20,000 nucleotides of DNA from an uncultured virus (IMG/VR IMGVR_UViG_3300032286_001748) (taxonomy: Duplodnaviria > Heunggongvirae > Uroviricota > Caudoviricetes), in the IMG/VR virus record IMGVR_UViG_3300032286_001748. One strand, 5' to 3'. Positions 1-9,161 of this stretch are shown here, one piece after another. A program made the position numbers and the translations under genes. The notes under the pieces were generated by a model, which was given only the letters and a program-made list of their open reading frames with translations, did not search any database and had not been told where the DNA came from. Position 1 is the first letter of the stretch; each line of letters begins with the position of its first letter.

Positions 1-122
1 TCGTCGTCCTCGCCCAGGTCGTCGTCTTCCCCGAGGTCGTCGTCTTCCCCGAGATCGTCGTCCTCACCGAGGTCGTCATCCTCGCCAAGATCGTCGTCTT
101 CCCCGAGGTCGTCGTCCTCGCC
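1..122 (-). repeat. 18-bp coding tandem repeat (GEDDDL), 6 full units plus a partial unit
   Basis: Units at 15-32, 33-50, 51-68, 69-86, 87-104 and 105-122 differ only at synonymous positions. Confidence 0.95.
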
Positions 123-200
123 AAAGGTGTTGAGCAGCTCGTCGAGACCCATCGAGGAATCGAGTGCGCCGAGGAGGGTACGGTCCAGAGTGTCAGCCAT
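1..200 (-). CDS. N-terminal part of an acidic repeat protein (runs off the window; absent from the ORF track)
   Basis: ATG at 200 preceded by GGAG (tagGAGcctcccATG). Translates as MADTLDRTLLGALDSSMGLDELLNTF(GEDDDL)6GEDD with no stop before base 1. Confidence 0.85.
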   Translation of the reverse strand, partial: MADTLDRTLLGALDSSMGLDELLNTFGEDDDLGEDDDLGEDDDLGEDDDLGEDDDLGEDDDLGEDD

Positions 201-209
201 GGGAGGCTC

Positions 210-494
210 CTACGAGGGTTTCTTGCCACCAAGGGCTTTGAAGTTGAGATCGACTCCACGCTCGCTAATCCGGTCAAGCGATGCGCTCAACTCGGAGGAG
301 ACGATGTGGGCTTCCTTGACGAGAGAGGAGAGGAGATCACGATCGACCGGATCGAAGGAGGCCACAACCCGAATCTTGAGCGCGTCCCGCCGCGAGGCCG
401 ACTCAAGGAACCAGAAGGCGCCCCCCAAGACAACGGTAGCCCCGAGCGCCGAAGCCCCGACAAGGACCATCCGATCACGAAGCCGCGCGTCCAT
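210..494 (-). CDS. Small membrane protein (about 94 aa)
   Basis: Likely start ATG 494 (MDARLRD), 4 nt after the upstream stop. Hydrophobic segment MVLVGASALGATVVLGGAFWFL. Confidence 0.7.
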   Translation of the reverse strand: MDARLRDRMVLVGASALGATVVLGGAFWFLESASRRDALKIRVVASFDPVDRDLLSSLVKEAHIVSSELSASLDRISERGVDLNFKALGGKKPS

Positions 495-498
495 TCGC

Positions 499-750
499 TC
501 AGGCTCTCCGAGAGAGCATGTATCCGATCCCTGCACCCGTACCCAACCCGAGGAGGGAGACGGCGAGAAGCGGGAGAAGGCCAGCGCCCGGCGGCGGCGG
601 CGGCGGCGGCGGAGGAACCACGATGACCGGAGCGACCGGAGTTGGCTCCTTCCTCGCGACTACGTCCTTGATCGCCTTGGCCGCGACCAGAGGGACGATC
701 CCGAACGCAGGATCTCCCCCCAGCAGCCGGTCGATCTGGCCGTTCGTCAT
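499..750 (-). CDS. Small proline-rich protein with C-terminal membrane anchor (83 aa)
   Basis: ATGA overlap with the upstream gene. Poly-Pro run followed by LLPLLAVSLLGLGTGAGIGYML and a basic tail (SRRA). Confidence 0.75.
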   Translation of the reverse strand: MTNGQIDRLLGGDPAFGIVPLVAAKAIKDVVARKEPTPVAPVIVVPPPPPPPPPGAGLLPLLAVSLLGLGTGAGIGYMLSRRA

Positions 751-1271
751 CGCGTGCGCCCGAAGGCGTAGCCAATCCCGACGCCGACACCGACCGCGAC
801 CAGCCCGACCAACGCGAGCTGGATCGGGGAGGCCCCCGCAGGAGCCGCAGGGGCCGCAGGCGCCTGCACAACGATGGGGGCGGGGGCGGCAGCCGCCTGC
901 TTCTTCGAGGCCAGCTCCATGGCGCGCGCCGCGACCTTCTCGGCCTTCGACGTTCCCGACTCATCCTTCTTGAAGAAGGACGCGATCTGCTTTCCGATGG
1001 GACGCCCGTCCGCGGGCGGCTTCGCCCTCTTGACGGGGGCGGGCGGGACGGGCGACGAGGCAGGAGCCTGGGCGATCACCTCTGCCCCGTAGAACCCCAT
1101 GGACATCATGGGCGCAGAGAGGGACGCCATGGCGAGGCTGCCCCTGCGGGCGTCCTTCCGGCGCGCGTAGGGGCCCGGTGCCGGGTACACCACCTCGAGC
1201 ATCTCCGCAGGCGGATGCCACGTCGGCGTCGGGGGCCAGGCGGCCTGGTAGACGGGCGGGTAGGCATACAT
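747..1271 (-). CDS. Pro/Ala-rich protein with C-terminal membrane anchor (about 174 aa)
   Basis: Likely start ATG 1271 (MYAYPP), 1 nt after the upstream stop. C-terminus IQLALVGLVAVGVGVGIGYAFGRTR resembles the anchor of the neighbouring 83-aa protein. Confidence 0.75.
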   Translation of the reverse strand: MYAYPPVYQAAWPPTPTWHPPAEMLEVVYPAPGPYARRKDARRGSLAMASLSAPMMSMGFYGAEVIAQAPASSPVPPAPVKRAKPPADGRPIGKQIASFFKKDESGTSKAEKVAARAMELASKKQAAAAPAPIVVQAPAAPAAPAGASPIQLALVGLVAVGVGVGIGYAFGRTR

Positions 1272-1272
1272 C

Positions 1273-3285
1273 TCAGACCTTCCATTCGGCGCGCATGACG
1301 GCGACCGTATCCGGACCCACCACGCCCTGCGCCTTGAGCCCGCCCACCTTCTTCTGGAACGCGATGACCGCAGCCTGGGTGGCGGGACCGAAGTTCCCAT
1401 CCTCCTCGATGCCCGCGCCCTCGTTCTGGTTCAAGAGCTGCTGGAGGAAGCGGATCTCCCCGTTGGGGACCTTCCCGCCGATGCTCGTGTCCTTCATCCC
1501 CTTCTTGAGGTAGAGCGCGCCCGTGAGGGGGAACGCGGCGGCCGCGGGGGCTGCCTTCTGGGAGGCAGAGACCGCCTTCCAGGACGTGCTGTCGAACGCC
1601 TTCTCGTAGGCGGCCTTGCCCGCGGCGCGCACCGCGCCGCGCGCGGCGCGCAGCTCCATGCGCTGATCCGAGATCTCCTTGTCGTACTGCGCGATGAGCG
1701 TCGGATCGGAGGTCTTCGCGCGCTTCTGCTCCGCGCGTTGAAGACGCGTCTGCGCGAGGATCTCCCGCTTCTTCGCAACCCCCTGCACCTCGCGCTCCGC
1801 CTTACGCGCGGCGGCCGCCGCCTTGCCAGCCTGCGACATCCGCTTGGAGTCCCGTGCGCCCGTCGAGAAGAGGTTGCGGAAGAACTCGCCCAGCGACTGG
1901 AAGAACCCACCGAACGCATCCTCGGAACGGACGGCGTAGGCCAGCATGGCCTCGCTGTCCGCGCCGAGCGTAGCCGCGCGGTTCTGGAAGTGACGCACGA
2001 AGCGCCGACGCGCCGGGGTCACCCCGTTGTAGCTCTTGAGGTACTCCTCCTCGTTGTAGGCCTTCGGGGCCGTCGCCACGCCCTCGGTGTCCGACGACGC
2101 GCTCTCCGCGTCGGGGGCCGCATCCTCGGACTCCGCGTCCGGGGAGGAGCCGGCACGACGCGCCAGCTCGGCCTTCGCGGCCGCGCGGACATCCTTGCGG
2201 CGCAGCACGTCCTTGGAGATCGCACGGAGGCGAGCCTCGGGGAGGGTCTTGAACTTCTCCTGCATCGCGCGGAGGCGCTTGGTCTTCGGATCGACCGCCT
2301 CCTCGTCGCCCTCTTCCTCGCGGCGCGACAGCTCGGCCCGCGCCGCCTCGCGGACCTCCTTCTTGCGGAGCGCGTCGTTGGCGATGGCCTTGACCTTCTT
2401 CGTCGAGAGGGTCTTGAGCTTCGTGCTCATCACCGCCACGCGCTCTTCGGCGCCGTAGTCGGTGAGCTGGTCGAAGAGGGCGACCTCGCTCTCCTCCACG
2501 TTCACACGCGCGTCTTCGGCGCGCCAGACGGCCCTTGAGCCGGACTGAAGGGCCTTGGCCTTGGCGATGAGCATCTGGAGGGTCGCGCGGATCTGTGCCC
2601 GAACCGGGCCCGGCTTCGTGGTCTCCAGCTTCGCGCGAAGGGCTCGGATCTCCTTACGGGCTGCGGTTTCAGAGGCCGAAGCGACAGCCCCCATGCGCTC
2701 CGCGCAGTCCGCGCCGAACACGGAGTCGAGGTCGCCCCCGAAGGCGTGAGACGCCGCGCCGAGGTACGCCAGCGCATCGCTGAAGTCGGTGTCGTCCGCG
2801 CCCATGGTGTCGCTGGACGTGTAGAGCTGGGAGAGGAGCTTGTTCATCACGTCCTCCCGCTGGGACGCGGAGAGGCTCTCCTCGTACGCCTTGCGGCGGA
2901 GCAGACGCGTCTCCTCGGGAGAGTAGTAGCCGAAGCCGTCCGCGGTGTGCGAGGCCCGCACGGCCCCGATGACGTTGGCCTCGAGCGCGAGGGCCTCGTT
3001 CTCTTCCTCGGCGGCCGCCTCCGCGCCCATCCGAGCGAGGGGGTGGTAGCCGAGGGTCGAAGCCTTCGCGGCCGCGCCGCGGAGGCGGTCCGCACGACGG
3101 CGGCGGATGTCGGCCTGCGCGAGCGCCTCCTGGGCCCCCTGCACGAACGCACGCGCCTCTGGGCTGCCCTGGTCGGCCTTCTTCGCCAGCACGCGGGCTG
3201 CGATGAGATCCCGCGCAGCGCCCACCCGAACGATGTCCGTGGGGGACGAGGGGGAGACGAGGTAGGACAGGAGATCAGACGACAT
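1273..3285 (-). CDS. Large helical, charged protein with C-terminal peptidoglycan-binding domain (PG_binding_1-like), putative virion protein
   Basis: 670-aa ORF. The C-terminus LKKGM..GEIRFLQQLLN..EDGNFGPATQAAVIAFQKK..GVVGPDT matches the three-helix PGBD pattern. Internal repeat KLKTLSTKKVKAIANDALRKKEVREAARAELSRR / KFKTLPEARLRAISKDVLRRKDVRAAAKAELARR. Confidence 0.8.
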   Translation of the reverse strand: MSSDLLSYLVSPSSPTDIVRVGAARDLIAARVLAKKADQGSPEARAFVQGAQEALAQADIRRRRADRLRGAAAKASTLGYHPLARMGAEAAAEEENEALALEANVIGAVRASHTADGFGYYSPEETRLLRRKAYEESLSASQREDVMNKLLSQLYTSSDTMGADDTDFSDALAYLGAASHAFGGDLDSVFGADCAERMGAVASASETAARKEIRALRAKLETTKPGPVRAQIRATLQMLIAKAKALQSGSRAVWRAEDARVNVEESEVALFDQLTDYGAEERVAVMSTKLKTLSTKKVKAIANDALRKKEVREAARAELSRREEEGDEEAVDPKTKRLRAMQEKFKTLPEARLRAISKDVLRRKDVRAAAKAELARRAGSSPDAESEDAAPDAESASSDTEGVATAPKAYNEEEYLKSYNGVTPARRRFVRHFQNRAATLGADSEAMLAYAVRSEDAFGGFFQSLGEFFRNLFSTGARDSKRMSQAGKAAAAARKAEREVQGVAKKREILAQTRLQRAEQKRAKTSDPTLIAQYDKEISDQRMELRAARGAVRAAGKAAYEKAFDSTSWKAVSASQKAAPAAAAFPLTGALYLKKGMKDTSIGGKVPNGEIRFLQQLLNQNEGAGIEEDGNFGPATQAAVIAFQKKVGGLKAQGVVGPDTVAVMRAEWKV

Positions 3286-3310
3286 GCAGCCACCGGGAGA
3301 GAGGGGGTGG

Positions 3311-3356
3311 GGAGAAGAAGAACGGGGGCGTCGGGCGGAGGAGCCTGACGCCCCCG
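3311..3356 (-). terminator. Probable intrinsic terminator after the basic-protein gene
   Basis: 14-bp stem (3323-3336 / 3343-3356, one mismatch) with a 6-nt loop, followed on the minus strand by TTCTTCTTCTCC. Confidence 0.6.
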
Positions 3357-3387
3357 GAAGGGTCCTGCGGAGCAGGGCCTGTCGGGA

Positions 3388-4203
3388 CTACCGGTTGGCC
3401 GCGCCCTTCTGGGACTTCTTGCTCTGGCGCTTCACGTCCTGGAACTTGACCTGGCGGGGAGCGCCCTTCTCGCGCAGCTTCTTCGCCTTGTCGGTGTTCA
3501 GGAACGCGACGACGCGCTGCTGCTCCGCAAGGGAGAGCTGGTTGAACGGGGTCGCGCCCTGACCGGGGACCGCGGCCACGCGCGTCGGGATGCGCTTGGA
3601 CTTCTTGATCATGTAGGGCATCTTCTGGCCCTGGATCTGCACGAAGACCTGCTTGACCGACTTGCGGGTCTTGCGGGCCTTGCTGGTGATGCGAGCATCC
3701 GCGTAGATCTCCGCGAACTGCTCATAGAGGGTGCGGGTGTCGATCTGCGGGAAGCCCTTGGGCGCCTTCAAGAGCTTGGGGGACGTGAGCTTGACCCCGC
3801 CGCGCGTCTGGCGGGCCACCAGCGTCTTCGCCTTGATGGCACGCTGGATCTTGTCGACGCGAGCGCGAAGCGCCTTCGGGATGGTCGTGCTGGCGGCCTT
3901 ACCGCCCTTGCCGCTGACGCGGCTCCGGCTCTTGCGGCTCGTGCGCGTCTTCTTGGACTGGCGCTTGGCGCTGGTGCGCTGAGCCTTGGCCTGGGACTGG
4001 GCCTTGGCCTGGGCCTTGGCCTGCACCTTCGCCTGGGGGGCGACGCTCTTCAGCTCGGCGATGAGTTCGGCCTTGGTCATGGACGCGGCGTTGGCGATCA
4101 TCGCCTGCTTGGCGGCCTGGGGAGCGGGAGCGGACTTGACGAGGGAGATGAACTTCTTGCGAAGGGTCTCGACTTTCTGGTTCTGGAGTGCAACAGCGGG
4201 CAT
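3388..4203 (-). CDS. Highly basic K/R/A/Q-rich protein, putative DNA-condensing core protein
   Basis: 271 aa with very few acidic residues and runs such as KRQSKKTRTSRKSRSR and AKAQAKAQ. GGAG lies upstream of the ATG. Confidence 0.7.
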   Translation of the reverse strand: MPAVALQNQKVETLRKKFISLVKSAPAPQAAKQAMIANAASMTKAELIAELKSVAPQAKVQAKAQAKAQSQAKAQRTSAKRQSKKTRTSRKSRSRVSGKGGKAASTTIPKALRARVDKIQRAIKAKTLVARQTRGGVKLTSPKLLKAPKGFPQIDTRTLYEQFAEIYADARITSKARKTRKSVKQVFVQIQGQKMPYMIKKSKRIPTRVAAVPGQGATPFNQLSLAEQQRVVAFLNTDKAKKLREKGAPRQVKFQDVKRQSKKSQKGAANR

Positions 4204-4263
4204 GGGAGAGTCTCCGAGGAGGAGGAAGCGCCAGAGGCGCGAGTGGTGAAGCGTCCGAGAACG

Positions 4264-4659
4264 CTACGGGACCGGGGCCGTGAGGCACCGGGAGATCAGG
4301 TCGGACTTGGTGAGCCGCAGCAACCGGGTGGTCTCCGCGTCTACCTTGTCCGGGGGGCAGGCCTGCCGAGCCAGGATCTGCTCCACGATCTGCAGCTTCG
4401 TCAACGCCGCGAGCGAACCCGCGTCGTACGAAGACGGCTCTGCGGCCGAAGCCTCAGAGACGGGAGAGACATCCCCCGAAGGGGTGTCCTCGGAGGCCTG
4501 CGGCAGCGCCTCCTCCTCCATGGAAGGGGAACCGAGGGAGTGCTCGGAACGGTTCCCCTCTTCAACTGGAGAGATCTCCAGCGAAGCGAAATGCGCGCGC
4601 AAGCGGGCCGCGGTTTCAGCGGCCTCGCTCAGCGTCAGCGCGAGAAGCTCTGGATTCAT
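4264..4659 (-). CDS. Hypothetical protein (about 131 aa) with acidic linker and small C-terminal helical domain
   Basis: ATGA overlap at 4656-4659 (MNPELL). C-terminus contains LTKLQIVEQIL and LTKSDLISRCL. Confidence 0.65.
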   Translation of the reverse strand: MNPELLALTLSEAAETAARLRAHFASLEISPVEEGNRSEHSLGSPSMEEEALPQASEDTPSGDVSPVSEASAAEPSSYDAGSLAALTKLQIVEQILARQACPPDKVDAETTRLLRLTKSDLISRCLTAPVP

Positions 4660-5075
4660 CGACGGATGGCTCCGATAAGCGGAAGTAGCATGGAGCCAAG
4701 CGCAAGTCCACCCACGGCCACAACCTTCTGACCGGTGTCGGAACGCGCCATGTCGAGCGCCGTCTGGAACGCCGGAGCCGCCTGCCCGAACAGCGTCTCC
4801 ATCACGACGTCCTGCTGGCGCTCCGTGAGCAGAGGCTTCGACGCACGCGAAGGCGGGGGCGTGCGCGGACGCGACGGAGCCGGAGGCGCTGAACGCGCAG
4901 CCGCCGCCTCCTCCTCCTCGATCCACGGGTCGCTGTAGACCGACGCCTGACGCTGGGCGCGATGCATGGAACGCACCGCGCGCTGGGCACGCTGGGAACG
5001 AAGGTCAACCTCCCCCCGCCGGAGGCCGCGCACGATGGCCGCGTCCTCCTGCTCCCGCTCGTCTGCGTCCCTCAT
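4656..5075 (-). CDS. Hypothetical protein with C-terminal hydrophobic anchor (about 139 aa)
   Basis: ATGA overlap at 5072-5075 (MRDADERE). Ends VVAVGGLALGSMLLPLIGAIRR. Confidence 0.7.
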   Translation of the reverse strand: MRDADEREQEDAAIVRGLRRGEVDLRSQRAQRAVRSMHRAQRQASVYSDPWIEEEEAAAARSAPPAPSRPRTPPPSRASKPLLTERQQDVVMETLFGQAAPAFQTALDMARSDTGQKVVAVGGLALGSMLLPLIGAIRR

Positions 5076-7012
5076 GCGCCGTAGACCTCGGCGCCCACCC
5101 GGCGGGGAGGGGGAAGCGGGGAACCCTGCCCGTCCGGGTAGGCGTTCGCCGCGCCGTAGAAGACCGGCCCGTAGACCGCGTCCTCCGCCTCGTTCATCGT
5201 CGCCACCAACGTTGAGGCCGAGCCCTCCACGAGCAGGCCGAGGAGGTCTTCGTCTGACCCGTAGAGCACGGGTCCGTACAGCGCCTCCTCCACGTTGTTC
5301 ATGTAGGCAACGTCCGAATCGTCCTGACCGAGGTAGTCCGAGATCGACGTGTGGGCCGTCATCACGGCGACCGCGTCCGGAACGTCGTACCCGGTCGGGA
5401 CGCGACGAACCTCCTCTTCGTAGATCAGATCGAGCAGATCGCTGGACGCGCCCGTCTTGCGCTGGATGCCGATCACGATGACCGGCTCCGCGCCGTAGGT
5501 GCCCGAGCACGGGGCGAGGCGCGCGTAGTTCACGCTGCCGTTGGGCGCCACCGAACGCAGGGCGTCCGTGATCTGGGTGAGGAGCTTCGTGGCGCGCTGG
5601 GTCTTCTCCAGCACGTCCTTGCCCTCCCGCACGGAGCGAAGCTCCGAGACGGAGGGGAGAAGGACCCGGCGCTGGAGATTGGCCGCCTTCGCCTGCGCCG
5701 TGTCCATCTGCGCGGGCGCAGCCGACGCCTTCGGCTTCTCCTCGTCCTCGTCCACCTCGTCCTCGTCCACCTCGTCCTCGAGCCCGATCTTGGCGAGGTG
5801 AGCCGCGTTCATCTGCGAACGTGCCTTCCGGCGGATCTGGCGGGCAAGCGCCGGGCGAACCGCGCCCATCTGCTCCGCGAGACCGAGGAGACGCTCGGAC
5901 GAGACCACCCCGTCGAGCAGATCCACCAGGGCCGGCGCGGAGAGCCCATCCATCCCCTCGGCACCGAAGGCCGCGAGACGATCGCCCACGCCGCGCCCGA
6001 AGAGCGCGCGGAAGTCGGAGCTGGTGAACTCCACGTCCTCGCCACCGTCGATCCCGTAGTAGTCGTGCTCCATCGCGCTGAACAGGTAGCCGATGGTCTC
6101 CGCGCGGAGATCGGAGGCCAGATCTTCCTGGCCGACCGCGTAGTCCGAGGCCCCATAGTAGCAGGTGCCCCCGTAGCTCGGGGTAGACGTGGACAGCTCC
6201 TCCTCCAACGCAGCCTGGTCACGGAAGTAGGCCTCGCTGACCTTCTTGGAGACAGGCGTGTACGTCGAAGAGGCCGGCGGGACGACCGGGGCGACCGGAG
6301 CCGTCACGGTCGGCGGGGTGACCGTGGGCGCGACGAGCGAAGGCGCGTAGGCCGGCGTCACCGAAGTCGAGGCGGCCGAAGGAAGGGTAGACGGGTGGCG
6401 CGTCAAGATCTGAACGCGCGGAGGTGCAGGAACCCTGCGCGCGCGGGGCGGCCCGCGGAACCCGAGCAACTCGGCCTCCAGGCGACCCGGAGGGACGAGC
6501 CCCTGACGGTTCACGCCCAGCGTGCCCATGCGCGCCCAGATCCGCTTGAGGCGAAGGAGCGCGCGGCCCGCCACGTTCTTCCGGTTCTGCGTCTCCGAGA
6601 GGCCCGCCGTGAAGAGGGCGGCCGCCGCGCGGCCCGCCGTGAACCGGTTCGAGAGCCAGTACCGGAAGCGCTCGGTGACGCGCGCGTAGCGCGCCCGGAG
6701 CCGGGCCGTCTGGCCCGCCGTTGCGCCCAGCGCGTCCGCGCCCAGCGTGTCCGCGTACAGGCCCATCACGTCCGCGCCCAGCTCCGGAGCCGAATCGGCC
6801 GCGTACTCGACCGCGAGCGGGAAGGCGGTGAAGTCGTCCGGGAGCATCGCCGCCACCTCGGCACCCGAAAAGACCACACCATGCGTGGTTCGGGCGCCGG
6901 GCCGGAGAATGAGGGTGCTTCCGTAGTTCACGAGGTTGGAGACCGGGAAGGCTCCAAACGTACCCGAGAGGGCCGCGGAGATGCGCTCAATGTCGGTGTC
7001 AGTCAGTGCCAT
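5072..7012 (-). CDS. Large modular protein (646 aa) with many [LMFYV]GA motifs, putative virion precursor protein
   Basis: GGAG upstream of ATG 7012. Alternating acidic, basic and Pro/Thr-rich blocks; EDEVDEDEVDED repeat; ends VYGA. Confidence 0.75.
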   Translation of the reverse strand: MALTDTDIERISAALSGTFGAFPVSNLVNYGSTLILRPGARTTHGVVFSGAEVAAMLPDDFTAFPLAVEYAADSAPELGADVMGLYADTLGADALGATAGQTARLRARYARVTERFRYWLSNRFTAGRAAAALFTAGLSETQNRKNVAGRALLRLKRIWARMGTLGVNRQGLVPPGRLEAELLGFRGPPRARRVPAPPRVQILTRHPSTLPSAASTSVTPAYAPSLVAPTVTPPTVTAPVAPVVPPASSTYTPVSKKVSEAYFRDQAALEEELSTSTPSYGGTCYYGASDYAVGQEDLASDLRAETIGYLFSAMEHDYYGIDGGEDVEFTSSDFRALFGRGVGDRLAAFGAEGMDGLSAPALVDLLDGVVSSERLLGLAEQMGAVRPALARQIRRKARSQMNAAHLAKIGLEDEVDEDEVDEDEEKPKASAAPAQMDTAQAKAANLQRRVLLPSVSELRSVREGKDVLEKTQRATKLLTQITDALRSVAPNGSVNYARLAPCSGTYGAEPVIVIGIQRKTGASSDLLDLIYEEEVRRVPTGYDVPDAVAVMTAHTSISDYLGQDDSDVAYMNNVEEALYGPVLYGSDEDLLGLLVEGSASTLVATMNEAEDAVYGPVFYGAANAYPDGQGSPLPPPRRVGAEVYGA

Positions 7013-7048
7013 GCAGGACTCCAGACGCGGACATAGCCCGCGCGACGT

Positions 7049-7666
7049 TCAGATACCACGGAGGTGGAAGATGAAGGTGTTCGCCACGTTGCAGGACAGG
7101 GCAGACCAGAGCGCGTCCACACGCTCCCCGGCGGTCGCCGCATAGGCGAAGGTCGAGCCGAACTGGGGGATCTGGAAGGTCAAGACGCACGCGTTCTGGA
7201 CCGTGATCGCCTCGCATCCCTCGGGAAGCTCGATCACCGATGCGGGGGCCGTGTAGGAGAGGAACGAGAGGAGCGGCGAGCGCCCCAGGATCTCGTAGAC
7301 CCAGGTGAAGTAGAGCGTGCAGTCCGCGGGGATCGGCGTCACCGCACGCACGTTGACGTGGGGATAGGAGCCGACGTGCAGCTCCGCGGAGAGCCCCTCT
7401 CCGACCGCAAAGACGCGGCGCGCGATGCCGCCGTAGGCGGTGCCGGCCTCGGCGTCGATCGTGACCGTGAGGCCGGGGGTGGCGCTCTCGTTCTTGAAGC
7501 TGATCGAAAGCCCCATCGGGCCGATACCATCGACGTTGACGGGCGGGCGCCCCTTCCAGAGGGCCGAGGTGTCAGTCTTAGGGCCTCGGAAGAGGCCGCC
7601 ATCCCGCGCGCCACCCGCCAGCTCTTGCAGATTGGTCAGCGGGTATCGAATCGGGAACTGGCTCAT
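7049..7666 (-). CDS. Beta-strand-rich protein (205 aa), possible minor capsid or vertex protein
   Basis: ATGA-coupled to the transglutaminase-like gene. Alternating hydrophobic strands (LSISFKN, LTVTIDA, TLYFTWVY, TFIFHL). Function is inferred from context only. Confidence 0.55.
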   Translation of the reverse strand: MSQFPIRYPLTNLQELAGGARDGGLFRGPKTDTSALWKGRPPVNVDGIGPMGLSISFKNESATPGLTVTIDAEAGTAYGGIARRVFAVGEGLSAELHVGSYPHVNVRAVTPIPADCTLYFTWVYEILGRSPLLSFLSYTAPASVIELPEGCEAITVQNACVLTFQIPQFGSTFAYAATAGERVDALWSALSCNVANTFIFHLRGI

Positions 7667-8070
7667 CCGTTTCCTCCCATGCCAGCGGCACGGCTCGGGT
7701 CAAGAAGGCCCCACCGCTTCGTCTTGACGACGACGTGGTAGAGGTGGGGCCCGCTCTGGTAGACGTAGGTTCGGGCGTCTTCGCCCGCGAACATCATCTC
7801 GGCCGCCACGGCCGAGGACAGATCTTCGCAGTCCCCCTGCGCGGTGCCTCCGTTCGCGAGCTGGGCGACCAGCTCGTCCCACGTCTGCCAGTGTTCCCGT
7901 GGGTCGGCCCGCCTGTAGCGGACACGGCCCGACTGGATCCCGCGCAGGATGGGCATCGCCTTCGGATTGGCGTTGACGTGACGCATCTGGCCGAGGTTGG
8001 CAGAGACGATCCCGTCCAAGAGGTTGGCGGCATCCCGTGTGGCGACCCGGATGTAGGGGGTGACAGGCAC
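7663..8070 (-). CDS. Transglutaminase-like cysteine enzyme (putative protease)
   Basis: GDCEDLSSAVAAEM (catalytic Cys motif), YHVVVK (His) and LLDPS (Asp) appear in the order typical of the transglutaminase-like superfamily. 135 aa, GTG start. Confidence 0.8.
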   Translation of the reverse strand: MPVTPYIRVATRDAANLLDGIVSANLGQMRHVNANPKAMPILRGIQSGRVRYRRADPREHWQTWDELVAQLANGGTAQGDCEDLSSAVAAEMMFAGEDARTYVYQSGPHLYHVVVKTKRWGLLDPSRAAGMGGNG

Positions 8071-8073
8071 AGG

Positions 8074-9042
8074 CTACCTCGTAACGTAGGAGACGCTGTC
8101 GACGCTCGGCGTACGCCCCTGGGCGCCGCGCCGCGCGTACGGACCCGGCTGGTGACGGCCGAACTCGGTGTCGTCGAGAACATCGACGATGAGCTGGATC
8201 GTAAACGTCATCGACGTGTAAGGGACGCCCACCACGGCCGCCGAGAGATAGGCCCGGTTGGGGGAAGCGAGGATCGGGTTGTCGCGAAGCCCCGCGTACT
8301 CGGGGAGGAGCGTCGAGTAGACGGTCGCATCGACGTACTCGCCCTGCGGGAAGAGGTTCGCGGAGCCGCCGACGTTGAGGTTCCGAACGAGCAGCGTCGG
8401 GCGCTGGTTCGACGTGTAGATCTGTGGGATCAACGAACCGGGGAGGAAGCCGCCGCCGTTCGGGATCGGGATCCCTGTGGGGAGATCTTGGGTGTAGTCC
8501 GGAAGCGGGCAGGCCTTCGTGGAGACTTGAAAGCCCACGATCCGAACCGTGGCCCACTCCAGGATGGGGCTCCGGAAGTAAAGTCCGCTCACCTTCCGGT
8601 TCGCCGTCACCCCGTCCGTCGCGAACGGCGGGATGTTCACGATGACGGTGGGGTTGACCTCGTCGGGCTGCAAGGCCCCCGCGCCGGTCGTGACCGTCGT
8701 CCACCCCGTCTGCGGGTTCTTCGGATCCACACCCGAGGGGAAGGTCGGCTGGTTGTCCAGCTCATACAGGTACAGGGGAATCGCGACCAGACGCCCGATG
8801 CCCGGCGGCGCGTTGACCTCAAAGGCCAGGCCGCCGACCCCGTTCACGCCCGCCGCAGAGGCGAGCGTGTCCTTCATCAAGGCTACCGGGTCGGGGCGGA
8901 CCGGGGCCTTGCCGACCTGCGCGTAGAGCTGGTCGAGCGCCTGGCGGAGATCGCGCGCACGATCTCCGCTGCTCAAGCGGAGCAGCAGCTCGAGGCGCCG
9001 GATGCGGCCTTGGACGATGCGGCGATCGGATGCGTCGGACAT
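8074..9042 (-). CDS. Capsid-like protein paralog 3 (322 aa, most divergent, with insertions)
   Basis: Shares PPGIGRL, P..WAT.RIVGF, GG.ANLF, GLRD.PIL.SPN and DD..G.H.PGPYAR blocks with the two upstream genes. Confidence 0.65.
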   Translation of the reverse strand: MSDASDRRIVQGRIRRLELLLRLSSGDRARDLRQALDQLYAQVGKAPVRPDPVALMKDTLASAAGVNGVGGLAFEVNAPPGIGRLVAIPLYLYELDNQPTFPSGVDPKNPQTGWTTVTTGAGALQPDEVNPTVIVNIPPFATDGVTANRKVSGLYFRSPILEWATVRIVGFQVSTKACPLPDYTQDLPTGIPIPNGGGFLPGSLIPQIYTSNQRPTLLVRNLNVGGSANLFPQGEYVDATVYSTLLPEYAGLRDNPILASPNRAYLSAAVVGVPYTSMTFTIQLIVDVLDDTEFGRHQPGPYARRGAQGRTPSVDSVSYVTR

Positions 9043-9079
9043 GGCAGCCCCTTAGCGCGAAGAAGACGCGGATGCACGA

Positions 9080-9111
9080 AGGCCCGCCCGCGCCGAGACG
9101 CGAGCGGGCCT
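9080..9111 (-). terminator. Stem-loop between capsid-like paralogs 2 and 3, possible terminator or attenuator
   Basis: 13-bp stem AGGCCCGCCCGCG / CGCGAGCGGGCCT (one mismatch) with a 6-nt loop. The U-tail is weak. Confidence 0.45.
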
Positions 9112-9161
9112 CACGGGCGTCCGACCGGAGTTTCCCCCGGTCGGAACAGACCGAACCGGGA

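Noticed and set aside
1..122. Possible CRISPR array or iteron
   Set aside because: The units are contiguous 18-mers with no spacers and vary only at synonymous codon positions, so this is a coding repeat.
589..615. (CGG)n microsatellite as a phase-variation tract
   Set aside because: It is a triplet repeat encoding in-frame poly-Pro, so slippage would not shift the frame.
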